This document shows positions 13,943 to 25,693 of a DNA stretch of 64,000 nt, in pieces; within the stretch, counting starts at the first letter, position 1; every line of letters starts with the position of its first letter. This stretch comes from Dendrobates tinctorius (Eukaryota): NCBI RefSeq assembly GCF_039654945.1, contig NW_027361723.1, forward strand, positions 3,224,001 through 3,288,000, given 5' to 3'. Position numbers and translations under genes: made by a program. The notes under the pieces are model-generated. The model ran no database searches. It was not told the origin of the DNA and saw only the letters and a list, made by a program, of their open reading frames with translations.

Positions 13943-14564
13943 GCTCAGACCAAGAAACCGGATCCGGCCGCCGGATCCGGCTTTCGCCGGATCCGGCGCA
14001 TTGCGGCGCTCATAGGCTTGCATTGTGTGAAAAAGCCGGACGCGCCGGATCCGGTGGGTCCGGCTTTTTCGCCGGAGACAAAAAACGTTACAGTCACCGT
14101 TTTTTCCAGACGCCGGATCGCGACACATTGCCGGATCCGGCGAAAACCGGATGAAACGCATGGCCATCCGGCGCGATCCGGCGCAAATGCAAGTCAATGG
14201 GGGGGGGGGGAACCGGATCCGGCATTGCATTTCGCCGGATCCGGTTTCTGTCAAAAGCGCCGGATCGCGCCTGACGGCGAAAACCTGAAGTGTGAAAGAG
14301 GCCTAAGCTGCGGGCAGAAGGGGAAACATTACAGCGGACGTACATCACCTTCCAGTGTAGGCACAGAGGAGCGGCCTCCCTAGCAGCTGCTCCCGGCATC
14401 TACGTGGGCTCACCTATAGACATCTATACCTCTGCAAATCTAGCATGGAGGGCAGAAACAGTAACAGTGATCCACAGGCTCCACGGAGCACAGGACAACT
14501 CTGCCTACAGGTCCAATGGGAGAGTGCAGGTTATACAAGGGGCTTATGATGTTCGCTCCCCTCT

Positions 14565-14841
14565 CTGGGTGTACCTAATCCTATCCTGTGTGATACTGTC
14601 TGCTGAGCCGTGTATCTAATCCTCTCCTGTGTGATACTGACTGCTGAGCAGTGTATCTAATCCTCTCTTGTGTGATACTGTCTGCTGAGCCGTGTATCTA
14701 ATCCTCTCTTGTGTGATACTGACTTCTGAGCCGTGTATCTAATCCTCTCCTGTGTGATACTGACTGCTGAGCCGTGTATCTAATCCTACTGTGTGTTGAG
14801 CCATGCATCTAATCCTCTCCTGTGTGATACTGACTGCTGAG
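14565..14841. repeat. ~40-bp minisatellite (ctaatcctctcctgtgtgatactgactgctgagccgtgtat)
   Basis: About 7 tandem copies; cut off by the hAT TIR at 14842. Confidence 0.9.
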
Positions 14842-15105
14842 TAGTGTTGAGCGATACCTTCCGATATAGGGAAATATCGGATCAGATCGGACCGATATCC
14901 GATACTGTTTGGGTATCGCCGATTCCGATACCGGAAACCAATGCAAGTCAATGGGACAGAAATATCGGAATTAAAATAAACCCTTTCTTTCCCTGTAGGT
15001 TAATTCTACAAGAAGGAAAACAACCAAGAATAATGTAGAATGTATTGGGGGAGGTGGAGGAGACATTAAAGCCATAGAGATTTAGCCCAATCAAAGGGAA
15101 TCGCA

Positions 15106-15142
<37 letters not shown>

Positions 15143-15939
15143 CGTTCGGAGTTAAAGATATTGACTATGTTAACCTTTTTAATATTTTGTCAGATATGTA
15201 TGTTTCACTACTTCCATGCTCTTCACCTTTTTTTTTTACTTCTCCCACACTTTCTCCTTCATGATCCTCAGCAGCAGCATCTTTTTCATCAACTTCTTCT
15301 TCACCTTATTCATCTTCTTTTTCTTCACTTTCTTCCTATTATTCTTTTTATGTTACATTCTTCATCTTCTTCCTATTCTTCTTCTTCATCATATTCTTAT
15401 TTGTGACAGGCATTCCTGTAGTTGTTATCTATAAAAGTTTGGAGATTACACCAGCCGTTCTGCCTGTCACAAAAGATTTACAACAGGATTTGTCCGCGTT
15501 CAGTTCGGCCTGCAGTAGCAGGCATTTTCCAGGGGCACCACGAGGAGGAACGGACTCACCCCCATACACTGCTTAATCTTCTTCTTCTTCTTATAATTTA
15601 AATAATATCTTTTGCTCTGATTTTTAGTCTTATGCTTAATGTTCTTCTGATTTTTGTTCTGCTTTTTGTTCTTCTGCTTCTTGGTCTTCTGTCTCTTGTT
15701 GTTCTGTATCTTGGTGGTTGTCTTCATGTTCTTTGTCCTCTTGGTCATCTTCTTCAGGGTCATCTTTTTGGTCTTGTTTGGGGTGGTCTTCGGGGTGGTC
15801 GTCTTCGGGGTGGTCGTCTTCGGGGTGGTCGTCTTCGGGGTGGTCGTCAGGGAGATCCAGATTGATTACCAAAAACCATTTCAAAAAGCTTGAACTTGGA
15901 AATGTAGCAGAAGGTACAAGAAGGCTGAGGAACTGCGGA

Positions 15940-16963
15940 GAACCAGCTGACAGTACTGGAACCCGGATGGGAAGCAGAAGGAACAATAGCCATTGGCACT
16001 ACCGAGGACCAGCTGATGGTACTGGAACCCGGTTACTAAGCAGGAGGTACTTGTGCCAGAAAGCACTACAAAGGACCAGCAGACGTTGCTGGAACTCGGA
16101 TACCGAGAAAGAGGCACCTAAGCCAAAGGCACTGCCGAGAACCAGCTGACGTTACTGGAACCCGGTTGGGTAGCAGAAGGTACCCACGAAAAACAAAGTT
16201 GCAAGGCCGAGAGCCGGCCGCAGTTACCGAAACCCACAGTCCTACAGGGGGTGCTTGTCCTATTGGCACTACGGAACCAGCCTTTATTGCCAGATCCCGC
16301 AGCCCACATAGGAAGCACCTAAACTGCAGGCAACATAGAGTCGGCTAACCCGACCGCAACAGGACAGCACAACGTATTGGTGGCAAAGTGACGTTGACAC
16401 TACCCGGAAACAGTCGGCGTGCTGGACCCAGGCTTGGCAGGAGGGAGTACCCGTGCCAAAGACACTGCCGAGAACCAGCTGGCGGTGCTGGAACCCAGGG
16501 TAAATACTACAAACAGAGTGGAGACAGAGGCCTAATTAGAGCAAGTTTAAAATCTGTAGTTGTGTGAGTGTGGACAGAGCAGGAGAAATTGCAGGACACA
16601 CAGCGGGGGATCAGCTGACATTACTGAACCCCAATAACACTGGAGCATATGTTGACTGTGCAGACGGCACTTCTGAGCAGCAACTGGCAGTGTTGGAGCC
16701 CAGGGTTAATACTACAAACATAGTGGAGCCAGAGGCCTAATTGGATCAAGATTGATATCTGTTGTAGACTACTACTGATTTTAAACTTGCTCCAATTAGG
16801 CCTCTGGCTCCACTCTAGTAGGGGAATGTGGACAGAGCAGGAGAAATTGCCAGACACACAGCTGGGGATCAGCTGACTTTACATAACAGCAGTAACACAG
16901 GAGCAAATGTTGATTGTGCAGATGGCACTTCTGAGCAGCAACTGGTGGTGTTGGAGCCCAGGG
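15940..16963. repeat. Internal tandem repeats of hAT element 2 (~60-bp units, then ~200-bp units that continue at 19018-19620)
   Basis: Recurrent ccagctg..ctggaacccgg and ctgagcagcaactggcggtgttggagcccaggg units. Confidence 0.75.
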
Positions 16964-16969
16964 TAAATA

Positions 16970-19017
16970 AGATAAGATAATCCTTTAATCGTCCCACCAT
17001 GGGGAAATTCAGAGCATTACAGCAGCAAGGCAGGAACAAGTACAGATACAGATGCATAAAGGCATTACATTGACAGTAGGTAGGTACATATACGGGGAAA
17101 AAAAAAAAAAAAAAAAAAAAAAGATATAACCGGACTATCACAACTTTTGGATCTATCAGTTCACTGTTTGGGTCGTTCTCCATTTTGGACAGTGCTGGTT
17201 ATACAGCCTAACTGCAGCAGGAAGGAAGGACTTTCGATAGTGCTCCCTCTCACATTTAGGATGAAGTAGCCGGTCACTGACAGTACTGCACATCTTTGTC
17301 ACGGTCTCATGCATGGGATGGGAATCATTCTGCACCATGTAGCTCACCTTGGCCAGTATCCTCCTGTCGCCTACTTCCTGAACTGAAGCTGGCCCTTCTA
17401 ATCAGTTTGTCCAGCCTATTCCTATCCCTGGTTGATATGCCACTACCCCAGCACGCCACACCAAAGAAGATGACTGATGCCACAACAGAGTTGAAGAAGG
17501 ATGCAAGGAGTGCCCCCCTAACTCCGAAGGCTCTCAGCCTTCTGAGCAGAAAAAGCCTACTTTGGCCCTTCCTGTACACTGCATCCAAGTGATGGGCCCA
17601 GTCAAGCTTATTTTTGAGGATGACACCAAGGTACTTATAGGTGTCGACTATCTCAATGTCATTTCCCTGAATGTTCACCACTACTGGTGGATTTTTTCCC
17701 TTGCAAAAGTCCACCACCAATTCCTTGGTCTTCCCGGAATTAATCCTAAGGTGGTTCCTCTGACACCACCCCACAAAAGCTTGGTTAGTATCTCTGTACT
17801 CTCTTTCATCTCCTTCTGTGATGAGGCCTACTATTGTAGAGTCATCAGAACACTTCTGCAAGTAGCAGCTAGATGAGTTGCACTTAAAATTCGCAGTGTA
17901 CAGTGTGAAGAGAAAAGGGGCAAGAACTGTACCTTGAGGTGCCCCTGTATTGCAGATCACCGTGTCTGACACACTGTCCCGAACCTTTACAAACTGAGGT
18001 CGGTTCGTGAGGTAGTTAAGGATCCAGGTGAAGAGATGGAGGTCCACGCCAACAAGGCCCAGCTTGTCTCTCAGTAGACCTGGCTGTATGGTATTTAAAG
18101 CACTAGAGAAATCGAAGAATATTATTCTCACAGTGTTCCCAGGTTTCTCTAGGTGAGAGAGAGTCCTATCTAGAAGGTGGATAATGGCATCATCCACACC
18201 AATGCCCGGCCTGTAGGCAAACTGGAGAGGGTCCATATCCAAGCTCACTAGAGGACGGAGACGTGCGAGAACCAATCTCTCCAGTACCTTCATCAGGTGT
18301 GAAGTCAATGCTACAGGTCTATAGTCATTAAGGTCTTTCGGATAAGGTTTCTTCGGAACTGGTACCACACACGAAAATTTCCACAGTTGTGGCACTATAT
18401 CTATTCTCAGGCTCATATTGAACAGATATGTAATGATCTCACTCAGCTGGTGCCCGCAGGTTTTGATTAGCCTTGCACTGATGCCATCAGGACCTGAAGC
18501 CTTCAAACCTTTGATCTTATCCAGTTCTTTTGCAAACTGGGTACTTGTGAAGAACAGACTCTGGCTCAATTGACAAGTTGCAGCAGGGGGTGAGGTTATT
18601 GTAGCAAAGAGGTGTGAATGGTATGCAGGGGCAGGAGCAGCCAGTGTGTGATTAAATCTGTTAAAGAATAGATTAAGTTCATTAAGCCCCTCTTTATCTA
18701 CAACCATCCTGGTGACAGTCTGTCTATGCCCAGATATAGACTTTAGACCCTCCCAGACTTCATGAATCCTTTTCTGTGACAATTTCAGTTCAATCTTTCT
18801 CTTATAATTAGCCTTTCCCTGCCTGATTAGATTCTTCAGATCTTTCTGCACCTCTCTCAGCCAGCCCTTGTCACCTGATCTGAAGGCCAACTTCTCTTTG
18901 AGAAGAGCCTTTATTCCAGGGCTGATCCATGGTTTATTGTTAGAGAAGCACCTCACTACTTTTGTGGGTACCGTGTTGTCTACACAGAAATTAATGTAGT
19001 CCGTTATACAATGTGTA
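16970..19017 (-). mobile_element. Rex1/Babar-type non-LTR retrotransposon, 5'-truncated RT
   Basis: ORF 17325..18956: NNKPW, YRPVALTS, PLQFAYRPGIGVDDAI, FFDFSSALNTI, GAPQGTVLAP, KTKELVVDF, YKYLGV; (TCTTA)n 3' tail; TSD taaata at 16964-16969 and 19018-19023. Confidence 0.85.
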
Positions 19018-19683
19018 TAAATACTAGAGACAGAGGCCTAATTGGAGCAAGTTTAAAATCAGTAGTAGTGTGAATGTGGACAGAGCAGGAGACATTGCCG
19101 GACACACAGCAGGGGAGCAGCTGGAGTTACTGAACCCCACTAACACAGAAGCTAGTGTTTTTCTCTGTGCAGACTGCACTTCTGAGCAGCAACTGGCGGT
19201 GTTGGAGCCCAGGGTCAATCAGGGTGTAGGCTGAGGCCTAATTGGAGCAAGTTTAATATATGATGTTGTTTAAATGTGGACGGAGCTGGAGATATTGCCG
19301 GACACACAACAGGGGAGCAGCTGACATTAATGAACCCCACCAACACAGGAGCTAGTGTTTTTCTCTGTGTAGACGGCACTTCTGAGCAGCAACTGGCGGT
19401 GTTGGAGCCCAGGGTCAATCAGGTTGTAGGCTGAGGCCTAAATGGAACAAGTTTAATATCTGATGTTGTGTGAATGTGGAGGGAGCAGGAGATGTTGCCG
19501 GACACACAGCAGGGGAGCAGCTGGCGTTACTGAACCCCACTAACACAGGAGCTAGTGTTTTTCTTTGTGCAGACTGCACTTCTGAGCAGCAACTGGCGGT
19601 GTTGGAGCCCAGGGTCAATCAGTTCAGGTGGTAGAAACATGAACACAACAGGAGACCTGGATACTTTTGCCAACCAATTATTT

Positions 19684-22659
19684 AATCTGGAAGAGGACCG
19701 GCAAATTCCGGCGCGATCTAGGCCTTGTTCATTTTCAGAAAAGTAATCCCGTCAACGTTATTGGAGGATAGTCACGTGCGACGGTCTGTTAGTACACCAC
19801 CTGCGGCACTAAAGACACGTTCCGATAATACACTGGCAGCAGGGCAAGCCAGCACCTCCAATGCATACTGGCTAAGCTCTGGCCATGTATCCAGCTTAGA
19901 GACCCAAAACTTGAAGGGGGAAGAGCCGTCTGGGAGTACACTGACAGGGCAAGACAAGTAGTCTGTCACCATCTGACGGAAACGTTGCCTCCTGCTGACT
20001 GGAGCCGTCTGTGATGGTGTAGACATTTGTGGCGGGCACACAAAACTTTGCCACATTTGGGCCATACTGGTCTTGCCTTGTGCTGAGGCGCTGCCTCTGC
20101 TCCCTCTTTGTGCAGAGCTTCCTCCACTGCCTCGACGCACAGAGCTGCTTTGTAAAGCACTAGCAGCACTGCTCTCGGGTGGAATGGAGAACATAATGGA
20201 ATGCACCAGTGTGTCTTGGTACTCCCGCATTTTACGCTCCTGGTTCAACGTTGGTATGAGGGTTTGAAAGTTGTCCCGGTAGCAAGGATCTAGGAGGGTG
20301 TACACCCATTAATCAGCCGTGTTGAGAATGTGGGCGATGCGGCGGTCGTTTCTCAGGCACTGCAGCATGAAGTCAACCATGTGCTGCAGACTCCCAACTG
20401 CCAAAGAACCGCTGTCCCCTGCTTGAGGCGTGATCTCTGCCTGCTCTGCATCACCCCACCCTCGCTGTACATACTGACTAGAGCTTTGTGTACCCCCCTC
20501 CTGTGGAGAGATGTCTTCCTCCTTCATCGACTCCTCCTCATCCTCCTCACAAAGTGTCCCCTGCCTAGACCTTGGTGAGGAAGCACGTAGCGCAGAATGT
20601 CCAGAAGCAGATGGCATTTGGGACTCCTCATCCTCCACCTCTTCGTGCTTGCAGTGTTTTTTGAAGCAGGCAGATAAGGGGGACAGTCATGCTGACTAGT
20701 GCATCATCTGCACTCGCCATCCGCGTGGAATCATCGAAGGCATGCAAAATGAGGCAGATGTCCTACATTACGACTTGTTTGCGCCTGATGCAGCTGGAAC
20801 TCCATGACTGCTGCCTGCTTATCACACAACCGCTCCAACATATGTAACGTTGAATTCCACCTGGTGGGTAGGTCACATATGATGCGATGTTCCGGAAGGC
20901 GTAATCGGCGCTGCAGAGCAGCAAGGCGCGATCTTGCCGTGCTGGAACGACGCAAGTGAGCGCACTCTATGCGGACCTTGTGCAGCAGTGCATCAAGATC
21001 CGGATAGTCCATCAGAAAGCTCTGCACGACCAAGTTCAGCACATGTGCCAGACATGGGATGTGAGTGAGGTTGCCTAGGCCAAGAGCTGCCACCAGATTT
21101 CGGCCATTGTCACACACTACCAAGCCCGGCTGGAGATTCGCTGGCACAAACCACACGTCGCTCTCCTGCTTGATGGCATTCCAGAGCTCCTGCGCTGTGT
21201 GGCTTCGATTCCCCAAAGAAATTAAATTCAGTACGGCCTGTGGACGTTTGGCCGCGGCTGTGCTCATATCGGTCGTAACAGGTTCCTGCTGCGCTGTTTC
21301 ACTTGAGTAGGAGGAGGAGTCAATATGTACAGACTGGATTCCTGCAATCCGTGGAGTTGGCAGAACACGTAGAGCGCCACTCTCCAGATCTGTACCCGGC
21401 TCCACAACATTGACCCAATTGGCAGTGAGGGAAAGGTATCGTCCCTGTCCATGGTTACTGGTCCACGCATCAGTGGTCAGGTGGACCTTGCTACTGACGG
21501 CGTTTAGTAGCGCATGTTTTATGTTTGCCTCCACATGTTTCTGCAGGGCAGGGACGGCTCGCCTGCTGAAATAAAAGCGGCTGGGCACAGTGTATTGTGG
21601 GACTGCCAATACCATGAAGTCCCGGAAGGTGTCAGTCTCCACCAGCCTGAATGACAGCATTTCAAGGGCCAGTAGTTTGGCAATGCCAGCATTCAAAGCC
21701 TGTGCTCGGGGATGGTTTGCCGAGTATGGCCGCCTTTTCTCCCATGCCTGTGCTACCGATGGCTGCCGAGTGGCCTGGGAGTGTGAGGATGACTTGGAAC
21801 GTGGTGTTGTGGGTGGAATGTCACAGGGTCACCGGACAACAGTGCCAGAGGTTCTTCCTTGGCGATCCTTGCCTTTTGAAATTGGAATGCTCCTAACGGG
21901 TGCCGAAGTGGAGGCTACAGGCAACCAAGTCTGCCCCCCTCCCTCTCCCTCCGGTTTTGGCCTTTCGGGGAATCTCTTCCTCAGAGCTGCTCCCACCACC
22001 TTCCTGTTCCTCACGCCTTGATGGGTCAAGGACCTCATCATCTACACTCCCCTCTTCAAACACCTGCTTCTCCTGGATTGTCTTGCCAGCACCGTTCGCA
22101 CCAGAAAGTGGTAACTGAGTCTCGTCATCATCTGATGCGTACTGAGGTGTGCTGACCATAGGCACTGGCCCACCCGCCTCTTCAGATTCAGAGGGACAAA
22201 GAAGTTGCGCATCACTGCATACTCCCTCTTCTTCACATTCTGGAATGCTGCTTGGCTGGCCCCCTCTTTCCAAACCAACAGATTCCGAGAACAGAAGTAG
22301 AGACTGTGATGGCTCCTGTCCAGGGCTCTCTGACTGCCTGGGCACGTTGGCAGGTGGTGAAGAGTCAGATGGTTGCTCTTCGATGCTCTGGCCCTGAGAG
22401 GATGTCGAAGTAATTGAAGTCGATGCGTTAGCTGCCATCCATCCGACAACGGCTTCAATTTGTTCCTCCCGTAGCAGTGGGGTACGGCGAGGTCCTAAAA
22501 GCTGCGCATAAAGGACTGTTGCCTGCTAAAACTGGGGGATGCTGACTCACTGGTGCCAGCAGCAGGCACAGAATCCCCACGTCCTCTCCCTGCAGAATCC
22601 CCACGTCCTCTCCCTGCAGAATCTCCACGCCAACGTTCCTTACTCCCTGCCTTCTTCAT
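19684..22659 (-). pseudogene. hAT transposase of element 2, frameshifted and deleted
   Basis: VHLTTDAWTS, VCDNGRN, HIPCLAHVLNL, TRWNSTLHM, LLDPCY and ACPAASVLSERVFSAAG spread over several minus-strand ORFs. Confidence 0.88.
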
Positions 22660-23308
22660 CTTGCTAGACTGATAAAGATAGGCAGAAAAGTACAAAGGGG
22701 GGCCTTAGTGTGCTTATTCCTGAACAGCTGGTTACAGGTATAAGAAACACTAATTTTATGAAGTGTGTGTGTCGACTACACTTTAATGGGAGCTAATGTG
22801 GCCTACACAACTTTCAAATGTAGTGTTTGTTGAACTTTGCTGTTTTTTTTTTTTTGGGGGGGGGGGAAAACTAAAAGGATGTGACCAAAGATTTGAAAGT
22901 CAGAGTATCACCAATTTTCTGGAGCTATTACAATGCAGGAAGGTAACCTACAATGCAAAAGATGAGGCTCCAAAAAAATTGGGTAATACTAATCTGGCTG
23001 CAGCTGAAGGGCACAAGCCAGAAAAAAGGCTCCTCTATCTACTCCTATATAGTGTTTGCAACCAACCAATGTAGATGGATAGGGATGGATGCACACTAAT
23101 AGGAGAAGAAAAAATGAGCTGCAATAAAAGAAAAATGTGTGAGGCAGTGACGCACGCTGAGCGGCCTACAACCAGACGTAGCTGCAGGACACACTACTCA
23201 GCGTGAGCTGCACTCACACACAGTCAGAGACCTCTCAGACAGCCGTGAACAGTGCAGCTAAGTGGGCACTAGCACTGACAGGCTGCAGAAAGGCTCCGCT
23301 GTCTACTA

Positions 23309-25693
23309 CCGTGTTTCCCCGAAAGTAGGACCCCCCCGAAAGTAAGACAGGGTGGGAGTTACGGGGGGGTCCTTCAATGTAAGGCCTCCCCCGAATGTAA
23401 GGCAGGGTTGGGGGCCGCTGAGAAATGTAAGGCCCTTACCTTTGGGCCGCCGCTGTCCCCCATTGGGTCCCCAGGCTCCAGAGGTGTCCTCAGGTGCAGC
23501 TGGGCGGGTCCAGCGCTCATGGGGTTAACTCGCCGTGTTAACCCCGCAATCCACCCAGCTCAACAGCTCATTGGCCGCCCCTGTTCCCCACGTCACCGCC
23601 GGCCCCCAGCTCGAGCACTGATTGGTCCAGCAGCTCGGGCTGTAATTGGCCGCCCCAGCCCCACGTCACCGCTGTTTCCCTGCTGATTGGCACAGCGTTC
23701 CCTGCAGCGCCTTCCGCACCCACAGCCGCACCGCAGAGGAAAACGTCCAGCATTTAAAAACCAAGTAGGGAAACATGTACTGTATAGGGTATGGGGCTGT
23801 GTGCAGTGGGATACGGCACTGTTATGGGGTGTGGGGCTGTGTGCAGTGGGATACGGCACTGTTATGGGGCATGGGGCCGTGTGCAGTGGGATACGGCACT
23901 GTTATGGTATGCAGGCAGAGGGTATACGGCAATTACCGTACCGTACTGTGTTACTGTTACCGTACTTTGATTTGTTGTCTGCTTTCCAGTTGAACGGTGT
24001 AACGTTAAGTACTGTACTGTAAAAGAGATACTGAATGATAAACAATGCTGATACGGTACCGTATATTTTTACCCCTAGACATGAGCGCTTCCGGGAGCGG
24101 TAAAAGAAAGAGCTACTCTGTGGAGTATAAAAAAGGAATAGTGGAAGAGTCTTGGGGCAAAAATATGGCAGAATTCTGCAAGGAAAAAATGTTGAGTGAA
24201 CGATTGGTGCGTAAATGGCGAGCAGATTACGGTCACCTCAGTGAGCAAGTGGAGAGCGGCATGGCTAAAAAGCGCAAGGTTGGATGTGGTCGGCAACCAA
24301 TGTATACCGAGCTGGAAAGCCTGGTCTGTGAGTGGGTTGCTGACAGGAGAGCGAAGACATTGGTGGTGACCAGGGCTCAGATTCAGGAATATGCCCTTGC
24401 TGTGGCACCCGAGTTTGAAATTTCCCCAGAGGAATTCAAGGCATCACAGCACTGGGTGGATAACTTTCTTGAGCGCAATGACCTGTCGTTGAGAAGATCC
24501 ACGACCCTCTTTAGGCTGGAAGATGCGGAGATTGTTAAGCGTGCATTTGCATACAAGAAGTTTGTGGATGACACTGACTTCTCAAAGTACGGTCTCTCCA
24601 ACATGATTGCCATGGATGAAACTGCAGTGTTCATGGGCCAAGCAGCTCAAACCACCATTGACCAACGAGGTGCCTCCTCTGTGTACGTTCCCTCCACCGC
24701 TTATGAAAGTGCACGTGTCACCTGCATTTTGGCGATTCGTTTGGATGGTAGTAAAGTCCCACCTTTACTCATTGCGAAGGGCAAGAAGGACAAGATTGAG
24801 AGGGTGTCTGGCATTTATGTGCTGGAAACTGAAAAAGCTTGGGCCACACAAGCGGTTATAAGGAAGTGGCTTGATTTAATGCTGCCGCTTGTTATGCGCG
24901 GGAACAAAAGAGGGATGCTGATCTGGGATGCAGCCAGCACACACCGCGCCAAGGACATGAAGAACTTCCTTCATGAGCGAAGAATCGACCAGATCATGAT
25001 TCCGGCAGGGATGACGGCTTATCTCCAGACTCTGGATATCGCCATTAACAAGCCCTTCAAGGACAATCTCCGTGCAGAAATCAATGATTACATTGAAAAC
25101 CGTATGGAGAGGAACGTCCGTGGGAACTTTGTTAAGCCAAAACTGCCTGAGATAGTTAACTGGGTGAAGAACTCATGGGGAAAGATAACTGACACTTGCG
25201 TTGCTAATGCACTGCGAGCTGGCTACCTGGACAAGACCTGCTCATTTCAGGACAGTGCCGTTGCAACACATGACAGGTATGGGCCAATGATCCAGGCGGA
25301 AATGGAGCCCCAAGAAAATCCAGAGGAACCTCAGAGTGTTGATGTTTATGATGATGTTCCTGAAGATGATGACCTGGTTGTGATGGAATAAATCTTGTTT
25401 TATCTTCCAGTATAACTCATTCAGACTGTTTGTTGTTTTACATGTTATACATGGAAATACCGTCATACGGTAACACGGTAGTAACAAGATATTCTTGATA
25501 CGCTACATTTGTTTTATTCTACTGTTTGGTGATGACCGACTCTTCAGCATGTTAATAAATGTTAATTTATTGGTTAAAAAGAAATGGTCATTTTTTTTCG
25601 GCTAATGTAAGACCTCCCCCGAAAGTAAGACAGGGTGGGACTTTTTGGGGTAAAATTAATGTAAGACAGGGTCTTACTTTCGGGGAAACACGG
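23309..25693 (+). mobile_element. pogo-superfamily DNA transposon, DD35D (Passer/POGK-like), apparently intact
   Basis: TIRs CCGTGTTTCCCCGAAAGTA and TACTTTCGGGGAAACACGG; TA TSD at 23307-23308 and 25694-25695; empty paralogous site at 33269-33270. Confidence 0.95.
24081..25391 (+). CDS. pogo transposase (N-terminal HTH, CENP-B-type HTH, DDE_1 domain with DD35D triad)
   Basis: Uninterrupted ORF; FKASQHWVDNFLERN, MDETAV, WDAASTH and LQTLDIAINKPFK; 35 residues between the second and third Asp. Confidence 0.92.
   Translation: MSASGSGKRKSYSVEYKKGIVEESWGKNMAEFCKEKMLSERLVRKWRADYGHLSEQVESGMAKKRKVGCGRQPMYTELESLVCEWVADRRAKTLVVTRAQIQEYALAVAPEFEISPEEFKASQHWVDNFLERNDLSLRRSTTLFRLEDAEIVKRAFAYKKFVDDTDFSKYGLSNMIAMDETAVFMGQAAQTTIDQRGASSVYVPSTAYESARVTCILAIRLDGSKVPPLLIAKGKKDKIERVSGIYVLETEKAWATQAVIRKWLDLMLPLVMRGNKRGMLIWDAASTHRAKDMKNFLHERRIDQIMIPAGMTAYLQTLDIAINKPFKDNLRAEINDYIENRMERNVRGNFVKPKLPEIVNWVKNSWGKITDTCVANALRAGYLDKTCSFQDSAVATHDRYGPMIQAEMEPQENPEEPQSVDVYDDVPEDDDLVVME

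Larger units (their letters stand above)
9129..14303. mobile_element. Full-length PIF/Harbinger DNA transposon (two convergent genes)
   Basis: TIRs GGCTACTTTCACAC.. and ..GTGTGAAAGAGGCC; 3-bp TAA TSD at 9126-9128 and 14304-14306; subterminal CCGGATCCGG repeats. Confidence 0.95.
6955..14307 (-). pseudogene. Ly6/uPAR (LU, three-finger) GPI-anchored protein gene, disrupted; LU exon A 14307-14304 + 9125-9010, last exon 7132-6955
   Basis: Acceptor cccgcag at 14308-14309; exon A reads YSLKCYVCTAASSSSNCQTAANCTNGETYCRTVEASAGV, donor gtgag at 9009; acceptor ctgtag at 7133-7135; last exon reads GAILVTSITKSCALSCTPCSSGISGASTSTSCCTTDLCNGGASVKASSAATILALGSLL. The phase-1 junction joins in frame, with a CCxxDLCN signature and a hydrophobic GPI-type tail. 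No signal-peptide exon was found. Confidence 0.88.

Noticed and set aside
14094-14450. Candidate signal-peptide exon for the Ly6 gene
   Set aside because: No frame gives a hydrophobic leader with a suitable phase-1 donor; the exon is probably lost beyond the hAT junction.
19024-19618. Three near-identical 64-67-aa ORFs
   Set aside because: They are products of the ~200-bp internal tandem repeat of hAT element 2; no recognisable domain.
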